64,000 nucleotides of DNA from Azolla caroliniana (taxonomy: Eukaryota; Plantae; Polypodiophyta). Every line of letters starts with the position of its first letter. Position 1 is the first letter of the stretch. A program made the translations under genes and the position numbers. This document shows positions 39,701-52,240 of the stretch, piece by piece. The notes under the pieces were generated by a model that saw only the letters and a program-made list of their open reading frames with translations, ran no database searches and was not told the origin of the DNA. The stretch is taken from contig JBHGNT010000014.1 of assembly GCA_043228905.1 (NCBI GenBank), forward strand, positions 14,384,001 through 14,448,000. Direction: 5' to 3'.

Positions 39701-39844
39701 GATATCCTCGGCATATTGGAAGAAGAATAAGACCAACCTCTAAGCCCCGTAGGAACGGGCCATTTTTGTAATTCGTGTGGTTTTGTTAAATCCATGGTGA
39801 ACCGTGGGTCCAACGGACAAAGTCCTGTCCCTCGGGTGTGCAGG

Positions 39845-40335
39845 TGTTGTCCATAGGCCAAAAATAGAAATTAGTTAAATATAATATGCCGGAAGTAAGG
39901 CGAGTAGGTAAGGGAGAATTAGGTAAAAAAACCGAGTTTCGAGCCTCACAGTCAGTCAACCGCTCGGCGCTGTATGAAGGAAAAGAAGTATATAAACTGA
40001 GGTCTGCGTACCTCGGCAGGGGGGAGATATCCAGAGCCTAGGCAAGGTTGTTACATAGATATAGAAGCTTTGTAAGGCTACCCGATGTGGGCCGTTGTTT
40101 TTTGTAAACATCGCTAACGATTACAATAATACATATCTATTTGCTTTTATTGTTTTCATCTGTGTGTCGTCATTTCTAAGGTCTCAACTACGTATACGAC
40201 CCGGGCTCTATTCCGGGTATGCTCTCCGTGTTCTTCCCTTAATGACACCCCGTGCAGAAGTCTTCACGATTACACTTCCCTTGATACTGATAGCTCGTAG
40301 GCATATCGAAGGTGTTTCCGGCAGAACGGTTAACA
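39845..40335 (+). repeat. 3' LTR of Athila-like element 1
   Basis: Direct repeat of 26601-27091. Confidence 0.93.
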
Positions 40336-43300
40336 GATTCCGTAGATGCACCACAATGCATTCCACAAGCATATTGCTGATTTTGCCTCAACCAATCACC
40401 AATAGGAAGAGCATAATGCATCAACAACCAACGAAAACAAATCACTTTTTTCGACAACTACATACTCCATAACCATTTCCAAAATTTTGTAAGTTACAAT
40501 GCATTCACATTATTTGCAGTCCAATGCTTCATGGTAGTAAGGCATTTATACTTTAATTGCAATAATAAATTTCTACCTAGCTTAACTGAATATTGGAAAA
40601 ACTGTTTACCATTTCCACTAGCATTCGGTTTTTCCATTGATAATTAGCTGGATCCCAATCCAAATTATAAAGCGGCTTTTTTTGAAAAACCCACAATGAA
40701 CAACACCGTAAGCATTCTTGAAAGGGTGGATCCAAGAACCATTTTTTTCCAGATCTTGCAACTACTCGAATCGCTGAAACATTGGCGGACATCCACACAT
40801 TTGATTCAGAAAATATATGCCACAACCTACCATCATCATCCACATTAAAGTATATTACATCACCTGTAGTGTTAATTACTTTAGCTCCTAAAATAACTTT
40901 TAAAGGAGAGAAATAACCAAACCAAATCGGCTTGCTAGAGGGGGACCATGAAGCCATAAATTGTCCCAATGCCACTTGCATATCATTGCACATAACGGCA
41001 CTTCCTCGAACTGAAAGCCTCGACAAAGATTGTAACGGTTGATTCATAGCATAGCATCCCCATGATAGAACATTACCTGCTATTGATGCATCCATAGAAG
41101 CCCAATTCAATCGAGGATGGCTACCAAGAAGAAAAACCCCTTGAATCTGATAGGAGAAAGTTCCAGGCCAAGGGCTATCTCAACAAGTCATCCGTTGTCG
41201 AAGGCACCTTCCGAACTAGAAACGTTTTAAAGCTGACCAACTTGTGAGAATTCCATTAAAAAACCTATCTTCTGATAAGGTTGTTTTAAACAAATGAAAA
41301 TTCTGAATAAAGCCCCATCTTAATGATGGTAGCCACTTTCCTCCTATTGTCGGGCACATAGTAGACAACCAATGCATCATCAACCGACTCCAAACACCTT
41401 GCATTGGCAACATAGCTGTACACACAAATTTAGAAAGCAAAGCTTTACACTGTGCTTCTAGATCCACCAGCCCCAACCCACCATTATGTCGCGGAGCAAT
41501 CAATACTGCCCAAGCTACTTTAGGCCTTTTACCTTGACCTGTTTTTCCTCCCCAAATGTAATTATGAATGAGGCGTTGCACCTGTAAAATACATGATCTA
41601 GCAAACAATGTAGTTGAAGCAATATACCAAATAGTAGCTAAAAGAACTTGGTTAGCTACAAGTACATGACCTGCAAGTGACAAGTTAACCAGATCCCAAA
41701 GCAACAATTTTCTCCTTACTTTTACAAGTAGAGGAGCAACTAACATATTTGCAGTAACATAAAGTCCCACTTGACAGCCTAAGTAATGAGTAGTGGTTCC
41801 ATTAGGAATCCACTTGAATTCCTGCGAAGACATCCAAGTAGGCAAGGAATTTTGTGATACCCAAAAGCCAAGAGATTTATGCCAATTTATCTTTGCTCCA
41901 GAGGCCAAACAGAATTCCTCCACTACTTCTTGCAATTTACTTAAATTTTCATCATTACCTTGAACATAAATTGCAGTATCATCTGCAAATTCTGCATCCA
42001 CCATTTGTTGTTGCATGGCAGGCAAAGGCAAACCCTTCAGAGAAACTTGAGAGGAGTTTAAATACATTGAGAATGTTTCCATTACTAGCAAAAACAGGAA
42101 TGGGGCCAATGGACAACCTTGACGTACAAAACGCGAAATAGAAAATTTTCTAGTTTGCCTGCCGACGACCAAGACTAAACTAAAGGCTTCATGATACAAG
42201 GAAGCCACAACCCTAATCCATTGAGAAGGAAAACCTAATCACAAAAACAAACATTCCATGAAGTCCCAATCAACTCTGTCATGTGCCTTCTCAAAATCTA
42301 ATAGAAGTACCACAAGATCTTCTTTATTTTTCATTGCCATCCTTGTTAATTCCCAAAACAGAAAAACATTGTCAAAAATGCTACGTTCTTGCATAAATCC
42401 CGTCTGTGAATCATGCACAATCTCTGGAAGAAAGGGTTGTAATCTCAAAGCCAATAACTTAGCATAGATTTTGTAAATTGCATTCAATAAAGTAATGGGC
42501 CGCCAACCCTTCACCTCATCCGTAACAACATCACCTTTCGGAATGAGGCATATTAATCCCTCTTTCCACTTTTGTGGCATAATAACTTGTATTGAACATT
42601 TCTTGAAATGCTGCCAGTAGATCATCGGCAATCAAATCCCAATATGTAATGAAAAAATCTCTTCCCATTCCATCTACTCCCAGGGACACATCTAGCCCAA
42701 CACCTTTAATAGCTTGTCATATTTCAAAGGAGGAAAATGGACGAAGAAGCTGAAGAGATATCTGAGATGTTACCTTAACCACAGTAGCAGCCCATACTTT
42801 TTGATGCATCTATAGAGTTTCAACACTTGGAGTATCTGCTGATAACAACGACTCATAATAAGTAGCTACAATATTCCTCATTTCATCTCTATCCATTGTA
42901 ACTGTGACATCAGATCTTTTCAATTGTACAATCTGAATTTTATTTCTTTTAGGCATAACATGTTGGATTTTTTTTTTTGACATGGTGTCACCTTTTGCAC
43001 ACCAGCTTGCTGCAGATGCTTGAAGAAAGAATTGAGCACGTTTTTGCTGCAAAGAAGAAATAAGCATCATAGCATTCTGTAATTCACAATGAATATATTG
43101 AGAATGAGCTTGTTTTTCTTGCAAAATTTGAAGAGAAGCCAAACCTCTTTTAGCATTCAACAAATTTCTAGTGTAACTACTTTGTTTTAGCTTAACTTGT
43201 TGTATAAAGAAGTTGGAAACTGCGATAAGAGCATTCTGTAATTTTTGACAATTAGAATCCCCTACAACCATTCTCCAAAGTGACAAAAAACTGTATTCTG

Positions 43301-44179
43301 CAAATTCATATCGTCCACAATAAACCTTGGCACATACAATCGAGAAATAGAAGTATGGCTGTCCATACAGAATTTGAGCATAATCGGGGCATGATCTGAG
43401 AACGAAGTGCCTGATATAATACCCACATATCCTCCATGATCCCAAAAGAAAGAATCCGCATAAAACCTATCTATTCTTGACAAATTGAGAGCGGCACTTC
43501 TTCGATTGGAATGTGAGTATAACAAGGAATCGGGCATGTGAGAGAAGGTAGGAATATGCCACAAATCAGTAACTTCATATTTGAAAATTAAATTTCTCCC
43601 ACTCAAGCAATTCCAAACCCGAGATAGTAGCAGAAGATCCTCCTAATCTATCAATAAGGTTTTCAATCATGTTGCAATCACCTCACACACACCAATGTTG
43701 TGCCACAAGAAGATCTTGCAATAACTTATTCCACAATCGAATTCTTCCAGTAGTAGAATTCGGAGCATATACATTCAAAAAACCAATCAATTTTCTAGAG
43801 ATAAGAATAAGCATATACTGAACTCTACCACCAAACAAGACTCCTTTAGCTTGTACATGAGACTGCCATTGTTACCGATTAGGAACACGGTCTGCGGTCA
43901 ATCCTTCGACCTAGACCTCCAAGTGGTTGTGGAACAACGAATAAACCCTAAACCGTAGCTATACACAGACTTTCAGAGAAGATAGAATTCTATTATGATA
44001 CGTTCCTTTACATTCCCAAAATTACATGCTCCCTCTATCAGAGGTTTTCTGCCCTTTATATACGCAGGGTCTATTTAGCCGTTCACGCTTCCTACGTGAA
44101 CTGTTACATGCGTTATGATCTTATATTATTTATTATTCCTACGCTCTTGTCCGTTGGTTACTATTCCGGCGGACAACAC

Positions 44180-46989
44180 CTAGCACGCATGTGGGACAGT
44201 GCCCTGGCACGTCGGACCCATCCCGTTAATCTCTTCCAAAATGGCCCGGGTGTTTGGCTTTGTTGCGGTGTCCGCGCCCGGAGGCGACGTAGGGCCCGTA
44301 GGTGCATCGTGGCAGGGCTCCCTTGTTTGGTCGGAATGGTTACCCCCGATGCTGCAGTCGTCGTGTGTGGTCGGTCCGAGTACGGTGGGCTCTTCTTGAG
44401 CTACTGGGTTGGGCTCTGCCGTCGTCGTGCTTGTGGTCGGCCGCGGCTTTTTCTCAATCGTTACTTCCTCCGTGGTGTCGGCCGTCTTTGTACGTTCCGG
44501 GGAGTGGGGCTGTGATTCCGCCTGGCCCGCACCGTTCTCCGTGTGGTCCGATGATAGTGTGGGCTCGTGCGGATGAACCTCCTCTTGGGCAGTGGTTTCA
44601 CTGTCTGGTATTGTGGGGGACTCAGCTCGTCGGTCCACGCTGTTCACCGTCGTTGTAATTTCTGGTGATCTGGCCTGAGGTTCCTGTTCTTCGGTCGTGC
44701 CCAAAATTGGCATCACGCTGGATTCCTCATTTGTTCGCGTGTTGCCGGCTTGTGTGATCTGGTGGAATAGCTCCTCCTAGCTTTCACCAAAATCGTCTAA
44801 GAGCTGCGCGAGTTGTTTGGAGTGTTGGTCCACTAGCGCACGATAGTCTTGCGTTAGGTCCTCTCGTACGACCACAATGCTCTCCTCATTTAGTTTATAG
44901 AAACCTCGGCCGTCCTTTCGCCGGTTCTCCCAGTCCGCACGATACGCGTGCAATTCCGCTGCCTGGGTTGCCCACGCCATCCATCCTTTGTCCAGCGCCG
45001 TTTTCAATTGCGTTGTGAACCTCTCCCAATTTGTTTGGAGAAGGATACACACATTGTTTGTGATGGCCTGGCAACGGTTGTGTGCGTCCTCCATCGACTT
45101 CTGGAGGTTTGCAATTTCTTGTTGTTTAACCACCGCCGCTTCTTCGTACGTGGCCTTCAGGCCCGCCCACAGCTGGAATTCCTTTGCATGTTGTTCTTCT
45201 AATTTCCCCATTTCATTGTTTAGGCGGATTGCGAGCTAATGCCTTCTTTCCTGTTCGACCACCAGCTGCTCGTCGAACCATACCTTCTTTTTCTCTAATA
45301 AGGCCCAATGTCTTGCGATTGCTGCCTCTGATTTCTTCGCTTCATCCTGTAATTGGGCGTTTTCGTCTTTTGTCCGCATGTGCTGAGCTACCTCCATAGC
45401 GAGTTTCTCTTCAAGGATTTTTACTGCCTTCTGGCCGTTAGCCTGGATCTCCTTTTCTCTGTCTGAGGATTGGTGCAGTTCGACTCGAAGGCGGTCAATT
45501 TCTGATTCTGCAAGTTGCACGACCCTTTTTTCTTTCGAGGCGATGGCGGACTAAGCCTCAATTTCTTCCTTCAAAGAGTCGATCGCATGGTTTGGTGGTG
45601 GAGTTGTGTGTTGCGTCGTGGTCGTGTTAGCTTCCAACTCCACGATGCGTTCGTTGGCTTTTTGCAGCTCGGCTTGGGTCATTTTCACCTTCTTCCAGAC
45701 ATTCTTATTTTTAATGGCCATCTCCTTGGCGCCCGTGCTAACCTTTGCCAGTTCCCTATGGACTTCGACAAGGGCCGTGTTTAATGGGGGTAGCTCCATC
45801 CCTACTCGGTGTACCCCGGCGTTCCTCTGTCTGCCGACCCTGGCTAGTCGGACCTCATCGTCGCTCTCTGTCGTTTGTGTCAGGGAGCGCTCGATCATCT
45901 GGCACTCTGCGTGCTCCTCGGCCATTCGTTGGGAGGCTTTTATATGTTTTGTTGCCAGGAATTCCATGATCTCAAAAGAGGTTCTGAATTGTAATAGTGT
46001 GCTGAACTCATGAGTCGTATCTGGGATATTTGGATATGCCAACACTTCGCTTTTCGCCGTCAATACGGCTTTCCCTTGTTGGGACTGGGTCGTAATGATC
46101 GACCATGGCTCCCGGATAATTTCAAGGTGGTATTGTGCTCCATAACTGTGGAGCCATCGCCGTCAGTCGTTGTTTCCGCCGCCGTGGGGACGTCTTTGAC
46201 CAATCCCCGCCCATCTTTCTTGTCCAATCTACGTCGTTTTGGTCTGGGGCTATCCTGCTGTGTTTCAGTGTCGGGCTCTAGGGCTGCTGCCACGGAACGT
46301 GTCTGTTGTTCCTCCTGCGTTGTCCGTGTGTCTGGCTGGGTGGGAGGTGTTGTCCGCATGTCTGGCTGGGCGGGTTGGGGTTCCTCTTCCCACTCTGGGG
46401 CTGCTAACTCCGCTAACCTATGTTTCGCGGATCGGGGCGGGAGTGTGGATCGACTGGGTTGTGGTGCTGGTAGGTTCTCGGGGTGGGAATAGTACCGTAA
46501 GGTACTGTTGTATGATCGGCCTGAGTTTTTTCTTGCGTGATACACATGCAGGCCTTCCCAGAACGCCGACCCTATGACGATCCCCCAGTCGACCGCACGT
46601 CCTTCAAAGGTATCGATAATGATGCCCTCCTTCTGCTTGGGCATCCCATATGCATTGACATGTATGCAACCGACCTCTAACAGGAACTTGGCAACTTCAC
46701 GGAAGAAGGGATCCGGGATCTACTTCGTTCTATAGGCCTTGGCGGAGGAGGAGTATGGCCCGAAATATCACTGCAGCGCCTCTGTAGGAGGGATTTCGAA
46801 ATGCCTTTCGCCTAGCGATGAGAGGTCCAACTTTTTCTAGATGGAAGAGTTGGTGATCGTGTTGATGTTCAGTTTCTTAGCGATGTCCATGGCATCCGGG
46901 TGTGGGGGTGCCTCTGCAACCTGGATGTACCCGTCCAGGCGTTTCTCCATGAGCCATCGGCGTAAGGCAGTAGAGATGAAGATCGGCAT
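44180..46989 (-). pseudogene. Extra 3' ORF of Athila-like element 2
   Basis: MPIFISTALRRWL..., EGRAVDWG, EVLAYPNIP and ENRRKDGRGFYKLN are homologous to 36694-39700. Confidence 0.75.
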
Positions 46990-47339
46990 CGCCAGAGTAG
47001 GTTCGTGGGAAGGAGACTGGTGGTTGCGGTGGGCTGGAGCTCTGTGATAAGATGGAGGAGAAGGTGAGGGGGAGGAGCGATGGGAGCGCTGATAGTTAGA
47101 AGGTGGGTTTCTGTTTTGTGCAGAAGATCTTCTATTTCCTTCTTTTTGTGGCTTAGGATTCATTGGGCGGTGAGCCATCGTGGTGTCACGTGTTCTTGAA
47201 CTAGGAGTCTGTGCATGCATTTAGTCCTTTTAATAGTCGCTATCTTCTCTTTCTTTTCTTTTCTTTTTTTCGTAACGGTTATATACAACCTATTTTTACA
47301 TTATGGTACAAGTGGGGCCGCCCATTTACGCCGCGTGTT

Positions 47340-50300
47340 CTCCGGCTTTGTCCTGTTTGGCGGTGAATGGGTTAGGTGGCGTAAAGCCCAGGTAAGGTTT
47401 AAGGCGAAACCCATTCACCTTTTGCCGTACTACTTCCCCGGCCAACGTACCTAGTTGGAATGTGCCTTGTTCTGCTCCAATTATCCAGTATGGGCCGGTT
47501 CAGCGGAAGCGTAACTTCCCTGGCATCTGGCCCATGCGGGTTTGGAAAACCAGCACCGCCCGACCGACGACGAACTCCTTTTCTCTTGCGTTCCGATGTC
47601 GGTCCACAAACGCTTTACGCCGTCGCTGTTCCTGCTCCAACACCGCCATGCTGTGTACGCATTTTTCCTCGAGTTCAAGTAGTTGGTGGAGCCGTACCTC
47701 CTCCAACTTGGCTTCCGATAGTCGGTCCCGTACCTGAATTCGCAAACTGGGTACCTAAAATTCGACCGGCATCACAGCCTCCAGCCCAAACGCTAGTCGA
47801 AACGGTGTTGATTGTATGCTTGTTTTGTAGCTGGTTCTGTACACCCATAACGCACTCTGTAATTTGGTATCCCAGTCCGTTCTATTTTCATTGACGATTT
47901 TCTTCAAGATGGTCTGCAACGTCTTGTTGGTGGATTCCCCTAACCCATTCGCCTGTGGATAATATGGCATACTCTTTTTATGGACAACGGCGTAATGATG
48001 TGTTAGTTCCCGAACCACCGTATTGAGAAAGTGACTCCCCTGGTCACTAATGAGCTCAATAGAACAGCCGAACCGACACCAGATGTGCTCGTAAAGGAAT
48101 CTGGTTGTGACGGCCGCCGTATTTTCACGTAGTGCCTTTGCTTCTACCCACTTGGTGCAATAATCCGTAGCTACCAATATGTATTTATTGCCCGTGCGGG
48201 CTGCCGCCAATGTGAAGGGGCCCACAAAATCCAATCCCCACTTTTGGAAGGGGTCTAGCAGTAATACGGGCTGGTGTGGCATCCTTGCGCCCTCCGCGGG
48301 CTGGCCCATCCGTTAACATAAATCACACCTTCTACAATACTCGGGTGCATCCTTTTGCGTTGTTGGCCACCATAAGCCCGCCTACTATACTTTCCGGGCG
48401 GTAACATCGCCCGCGTAAAGGCCACCTGTCGTGCCGCAGTGCGCCTCCTGTAAAACTGCTTCCTTCTCATCCTGACGTACCCCACGTCGCCAAATGCCGT
48501 CACTTCCTTTGTGATATACAACTCCTTCTACGAGGCAGAAGTGATGGCTTCGGACTGCTAGTCGTTTCTTCTCGTCCGTGCGTAATTGTGGTGGAGGTAG
48601 TCTCGTAGTCAAAAAGTACGTCATTTCCATAAGCCACCGGTCCGGAAAGGTCAATTCCGTTCTTTCTGCTAGTGCTGCTACCCGCAGGTTGTCGGCGTCC
48701 GGAAAATCGTCGTCATCTTTTTGTACTGTTTCTCCATTCTCGAGTCTGCTCAAAAAATCCACCACTGTGTGTTGCGCCCCTGGTCGGTGTTGGATTACGA
48801 AATCGAATTCTTGGAGCAGCAGCATCCATCACGCCAATTTTCCCGTCAAGGCTTGTTTCTCCACCAAATACAGCAACGCCGAATGATCCACGTGGAACAT
48901 GAATTTCCTCCCTAGTAAATAATGCTGGAATTTATTGATGCTACAGATCATCCCTAGCGCCTCCCGCTCCATTGTGGAATAGTTACGCTTTGTTGTTCAT
49001 AATTTACGACTAGTGTAGTACACTGGCCGGTACTAGTTTGGTTCAGTTAGCTGCATTAGTGCACTTCCTATTGCTATGTCTGAGGCGTCGACGAACATGT
49101 GGAATGGCTTCGCCCAAACTGGGGGTTGTACGAAGGGGGCCTGTGTGAGCATTATCTTAAGTGCCTCATAGGCCTTATCCTCCATTGCAGTCCATTGGAA
49201 AGGAGTCCGGTGTACGACAACATGTAACGGCGTTGTCGTGCCTTTCGGCTCCGGATCATTTGCGTGAGTCGGGTGGGAACCGCTGGGGTTTTGGACTAGG
49301 AGGAAAGAAAATTCTAAGGCAATTAAGAATATGAAATATATTGTAAGAAAGAAAGATATGAAAACCTCGTGAATCCCACGAGTATAGTGTATTAGTGAGT
49401 AATCAAATTAAGAGAGAAAGAATAGTTAGCAAATTCGTGAATCCCACGATTATCTTATATTAATCAACCCTTGTAAAATAATCAACAACCTCTATACATC
49501 TTTCTCTCTTCCTTATATAGTGTTGGAAGAGTTTAAGTTTATCCCATGCAAGCATCATGCTTTTTCTATCTTTAGTTTTCATGCACACTGCATGTGCATG
49601 ATTAGCTTTCTATCTCATCTTTTCTTTTAACTCGAGTGTCTATGCATGAATAACTTTTGTACCATGCATGTCTAGAAATTTTACATGGGATAAAGTTTAG
49701 TATAACTTTAAAATTCATAATACCCTACTATAATGATAAGGCTTAACATTATTAACATGGAGGTGCAAGGTTCGAATCTTGCCCTATGCATGTAATATAT
49801 ATATATTTATACTTTCTTCTATTTACAAATATGTCTCTTCATCCGGTGAGAGACTCTCACGGGCCTTCTTCATCCGGCTCTTTCCGGTTCTTCTTCATCC
49901 GGTGCTTGGTAGTTTTCTTTGTCCGGTTCTTACCGGGACCTCCTTACCGATCGCTTCGTCCGTTTCTCACCGACTCTCACCGGCCTTCTTTATCCGGCTC
50001 TTGCCGGGTCTCCTTACTGGTTTCGGTCCTTACCGGTTCCTTCTTCCGGTTCTCACCGAGTACTCCATGTCCTATCCGGAGGGACCAAAAATGTAGTTTT
50101 TCACGTAGTGTGCGAATTACACTACGATAGCGTGGCGAAGTCCGCCAAATATCGTATCATCTGAATGTGCCACCGTATTTGTCCTAAAAACTGGCTGAGT
50201 GATTTAGCATTTGTCGTAGTTTTGGCTTGTGTAATCGCGGAGATCTTGTTTGGATCAACCGCTATTCCCTCCTTGCTGACTATATGGCCCAGGAGAGTCC

Positions 50301-51125
50301 TGCTAGTCACGCCGAAAGCACATTTCGCGGGATTCAGGCTTAAGCGTGCGGTGCGGCAACGTTCGGGGCACAATTGTAAGTGTGTAAAATGGTCTATTGT
50401 TCTCCCATATACCGCAAAGTCGTCTAAAAAAACTTGCATGAACGCCGGAATGTATTCCCCAAAGATCTCTGTAATTGTCTATTGAAATGTTGCCGGCGCT
50501 GTCTTTAGTCCGAACATCATGATGACTGCCACATAGACTCCCCAGTCCGTGACAAATGCCGTCTTTTCTTGGTCTTCGGGATGCATGCGTACCTAGTTAT
50601 ACCCACTGAAGCCATCTAAAAAACTGTACATCTCATGTCCCGCGACGGCGTCTAGTACGCTATCGGTGAAGGGTAAAGGAAATGCGTTTGTAATGGTTAC
50701 GGCGTTTAATTTTCGATAATCTACACATACCCATATTTTGCCGTTTTTCTTTGGAACGACCACTATTGGGCTTAACCATGTCGCTTGTTTAACTGGCCGT
50801 ATGAACCCCGCCTTCAGGAGCTTGTCAATTTCTTCTTTCACGCGGGTCGCATAGTTCGGGTTCATGTGGTAGCGGCGCTGCTGGACCGGTTTTGCGTCTG
50901 TTGCTAAATTGATCTTATGCTGATAGAACTTGGGATCTAACCCCTTCATGTCCTCGTGAGCCCAAGCGAACACATCCTTATATTTCGTGAGTAGTGCAAT
51001 CATCGTGTTTCTCTGGTCCGGCCTTAATTCCTTTGCGATGGAGAGGAAACGGGGGTCCGACTCCGTACCCACATTTACTTCTTCCAGGGTGGAAGCGGTG
51101 ACTCGTCGTGAAATCTCCATTTCCC
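47340..51125 (-). pseudogene. pol (RT-RNaseH-integrase) of Athila-like element 2, interrupted by a solo LTR
   Basis: [40 protein letters not shown] and YPQANG. Confidence 0.88.
49234..50129 (-). mobile_element. Solo LTR of the Trp-gypsy family (896 bp, expanded U3); TSD GCGT
   Basis: Shared terminal blocks. GCGT at 49230-49233 and 50130-50133. Confidence 0.9.
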
Positions 51126-51311
51126 TAGACTGACAACCAGTCTACATCACGAATCAATTTATCTGTTAGAACAGCAAGGTCAATACCCTCTAGCGACAGA
51201 CTGTATATTTTGTTAAAGCCCTCTTTTGTCTCGCAAAACTTTGCAAAGTTTAGCACTCTAGGATATGGAGGAACGAGCCACCTGAAATAAAAAATCAATA
51301 CATGTTACCTT

Positions 51312-52240
51312 TGCTCTACTCGGACATGTGTATTTAGTACCATGATTAGTAGTGAAGAATCAAAAATAAAAAATCAGCCACATTCACCCAAATCCTAAAT
51401 CAAATTTGGGGGAAGCTTGTACACACACAGCCATTAAAATCAGAAATGTGAATTGGTGCAAAATTCCAACACTAAATCTGAAATTTTCAACAGTAATCAG
51501 AAATCAACCGCTTAAAAAATCAGAAATCCTATTTAGAAACCTTAATAAAAAACCCTTGCTCTACTGGGACATGTGTATTTAGTACCATGATTGGTAGGGA
51601 AGAATCAAAAATAAAAAATCAGCCACATTCACCCAAATCCTAAATCAAATTTGGGGGAAGTTTGTACACACACAGCCATTGAAATAAAAAATGTGAATTG
51701 TGCAAAATTCCAACACTAAATTTGAAATTTTCAACAATATTCAGAAATCAACCGCTTAAAAAATCAAAAATCCTATTTAGAAACCTTAATCAATAACCCC
51801 TGCTCTACTGGGACATGTGTATTTAGTACCATGATTGGTAGGGAAGAATCAAAAATAAAAAATCAGCCACATTCACCCAAATCCTAAATCATATTTGGGG
51901 GAAGCTTGTACACACACAGCCATTGAAATTAGAAATGTGAATTGGTGCAAAATTCCAACACTAAATTTGAAATTTTCAATAGTAATCAGAAATCAACAGC
52001 TTAAAAAATCAGAAATCCTATTTTGAAACCTTAATCAGAAACCCTAATCAGAAATCAACCACTTAAGGAAATCAGAAACCTTAATAAGAAACCCTAATCA
52101 GAAATCAAATGCTTAAGGAAATCAAAAACCCTAATCAGAAATCAAATGGTTAAGGAAATCAGAAACCCTAATCAAAAATCAATCGTTTAAGAAAATCAAG
52201 AACCCTAATCTAAAATATGTATGAAATAAACCCTAATCAA
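51312..52240. repeat. Three ~245-bp tandem units, then short AAACCCTAATCAGAAATCAA repeats
   Basis: TGCTCTACT recurs at 51312, 51557 and 51801. Several telo-box-like AAACCCTAA motifs lie in 52025-52240. Confidence 0.88.

Larger units (their letters stand above)
26601..40335 (+). mobile_element. Athila-like Ty3/gypsy element with an extra 3' ORF; 491-bp LTRs; TSD GATTC
   Basis: LTRs at 26601-27091 and 39845-40335 (TGTTG...TAACA). GATTC lies on both flanks. A PBS and gag-PR-RT-RH-INT are present. Confidence 0.93.
25908..43869 (-). mobile_element. L1-clade LINE (ORF2: APE endonuclease part, RT, C-terminal Cys/His region; poly-A end), split by the Athila-like element and 5'-truncated; LINE sequence is 25908-26600 and 40341-43869
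   Basis: SRIDRFY, SDHAPI, WRPITLLN, LLLDFEKAHDRVDW, VRQGCPLAP, FADD and LWTIWKMR. The T run at 25908-25917 is the minus-strand poly-A. Confidence 0.88.
43870..51125 (-). mobile_element. Athila-like element 2, 5'-truncated (RT, RH, INT, extra ORF, 309-bp 3' LTR at 43870-44178)
   Basis: RT, RH and INT are clearly homologous to element 1. LTR termini TGTTGTCC...CGGTAACA resemble those of element 1. Confidence 0.87.

Noticed and set aside
51312-52240. CRISPR array or true interstitial telomere
   Set aside because: The context is eukaryotic, the units repeat in full with no unique spacers, and AAACCCT motifs are not contiguous heptamer arrays.
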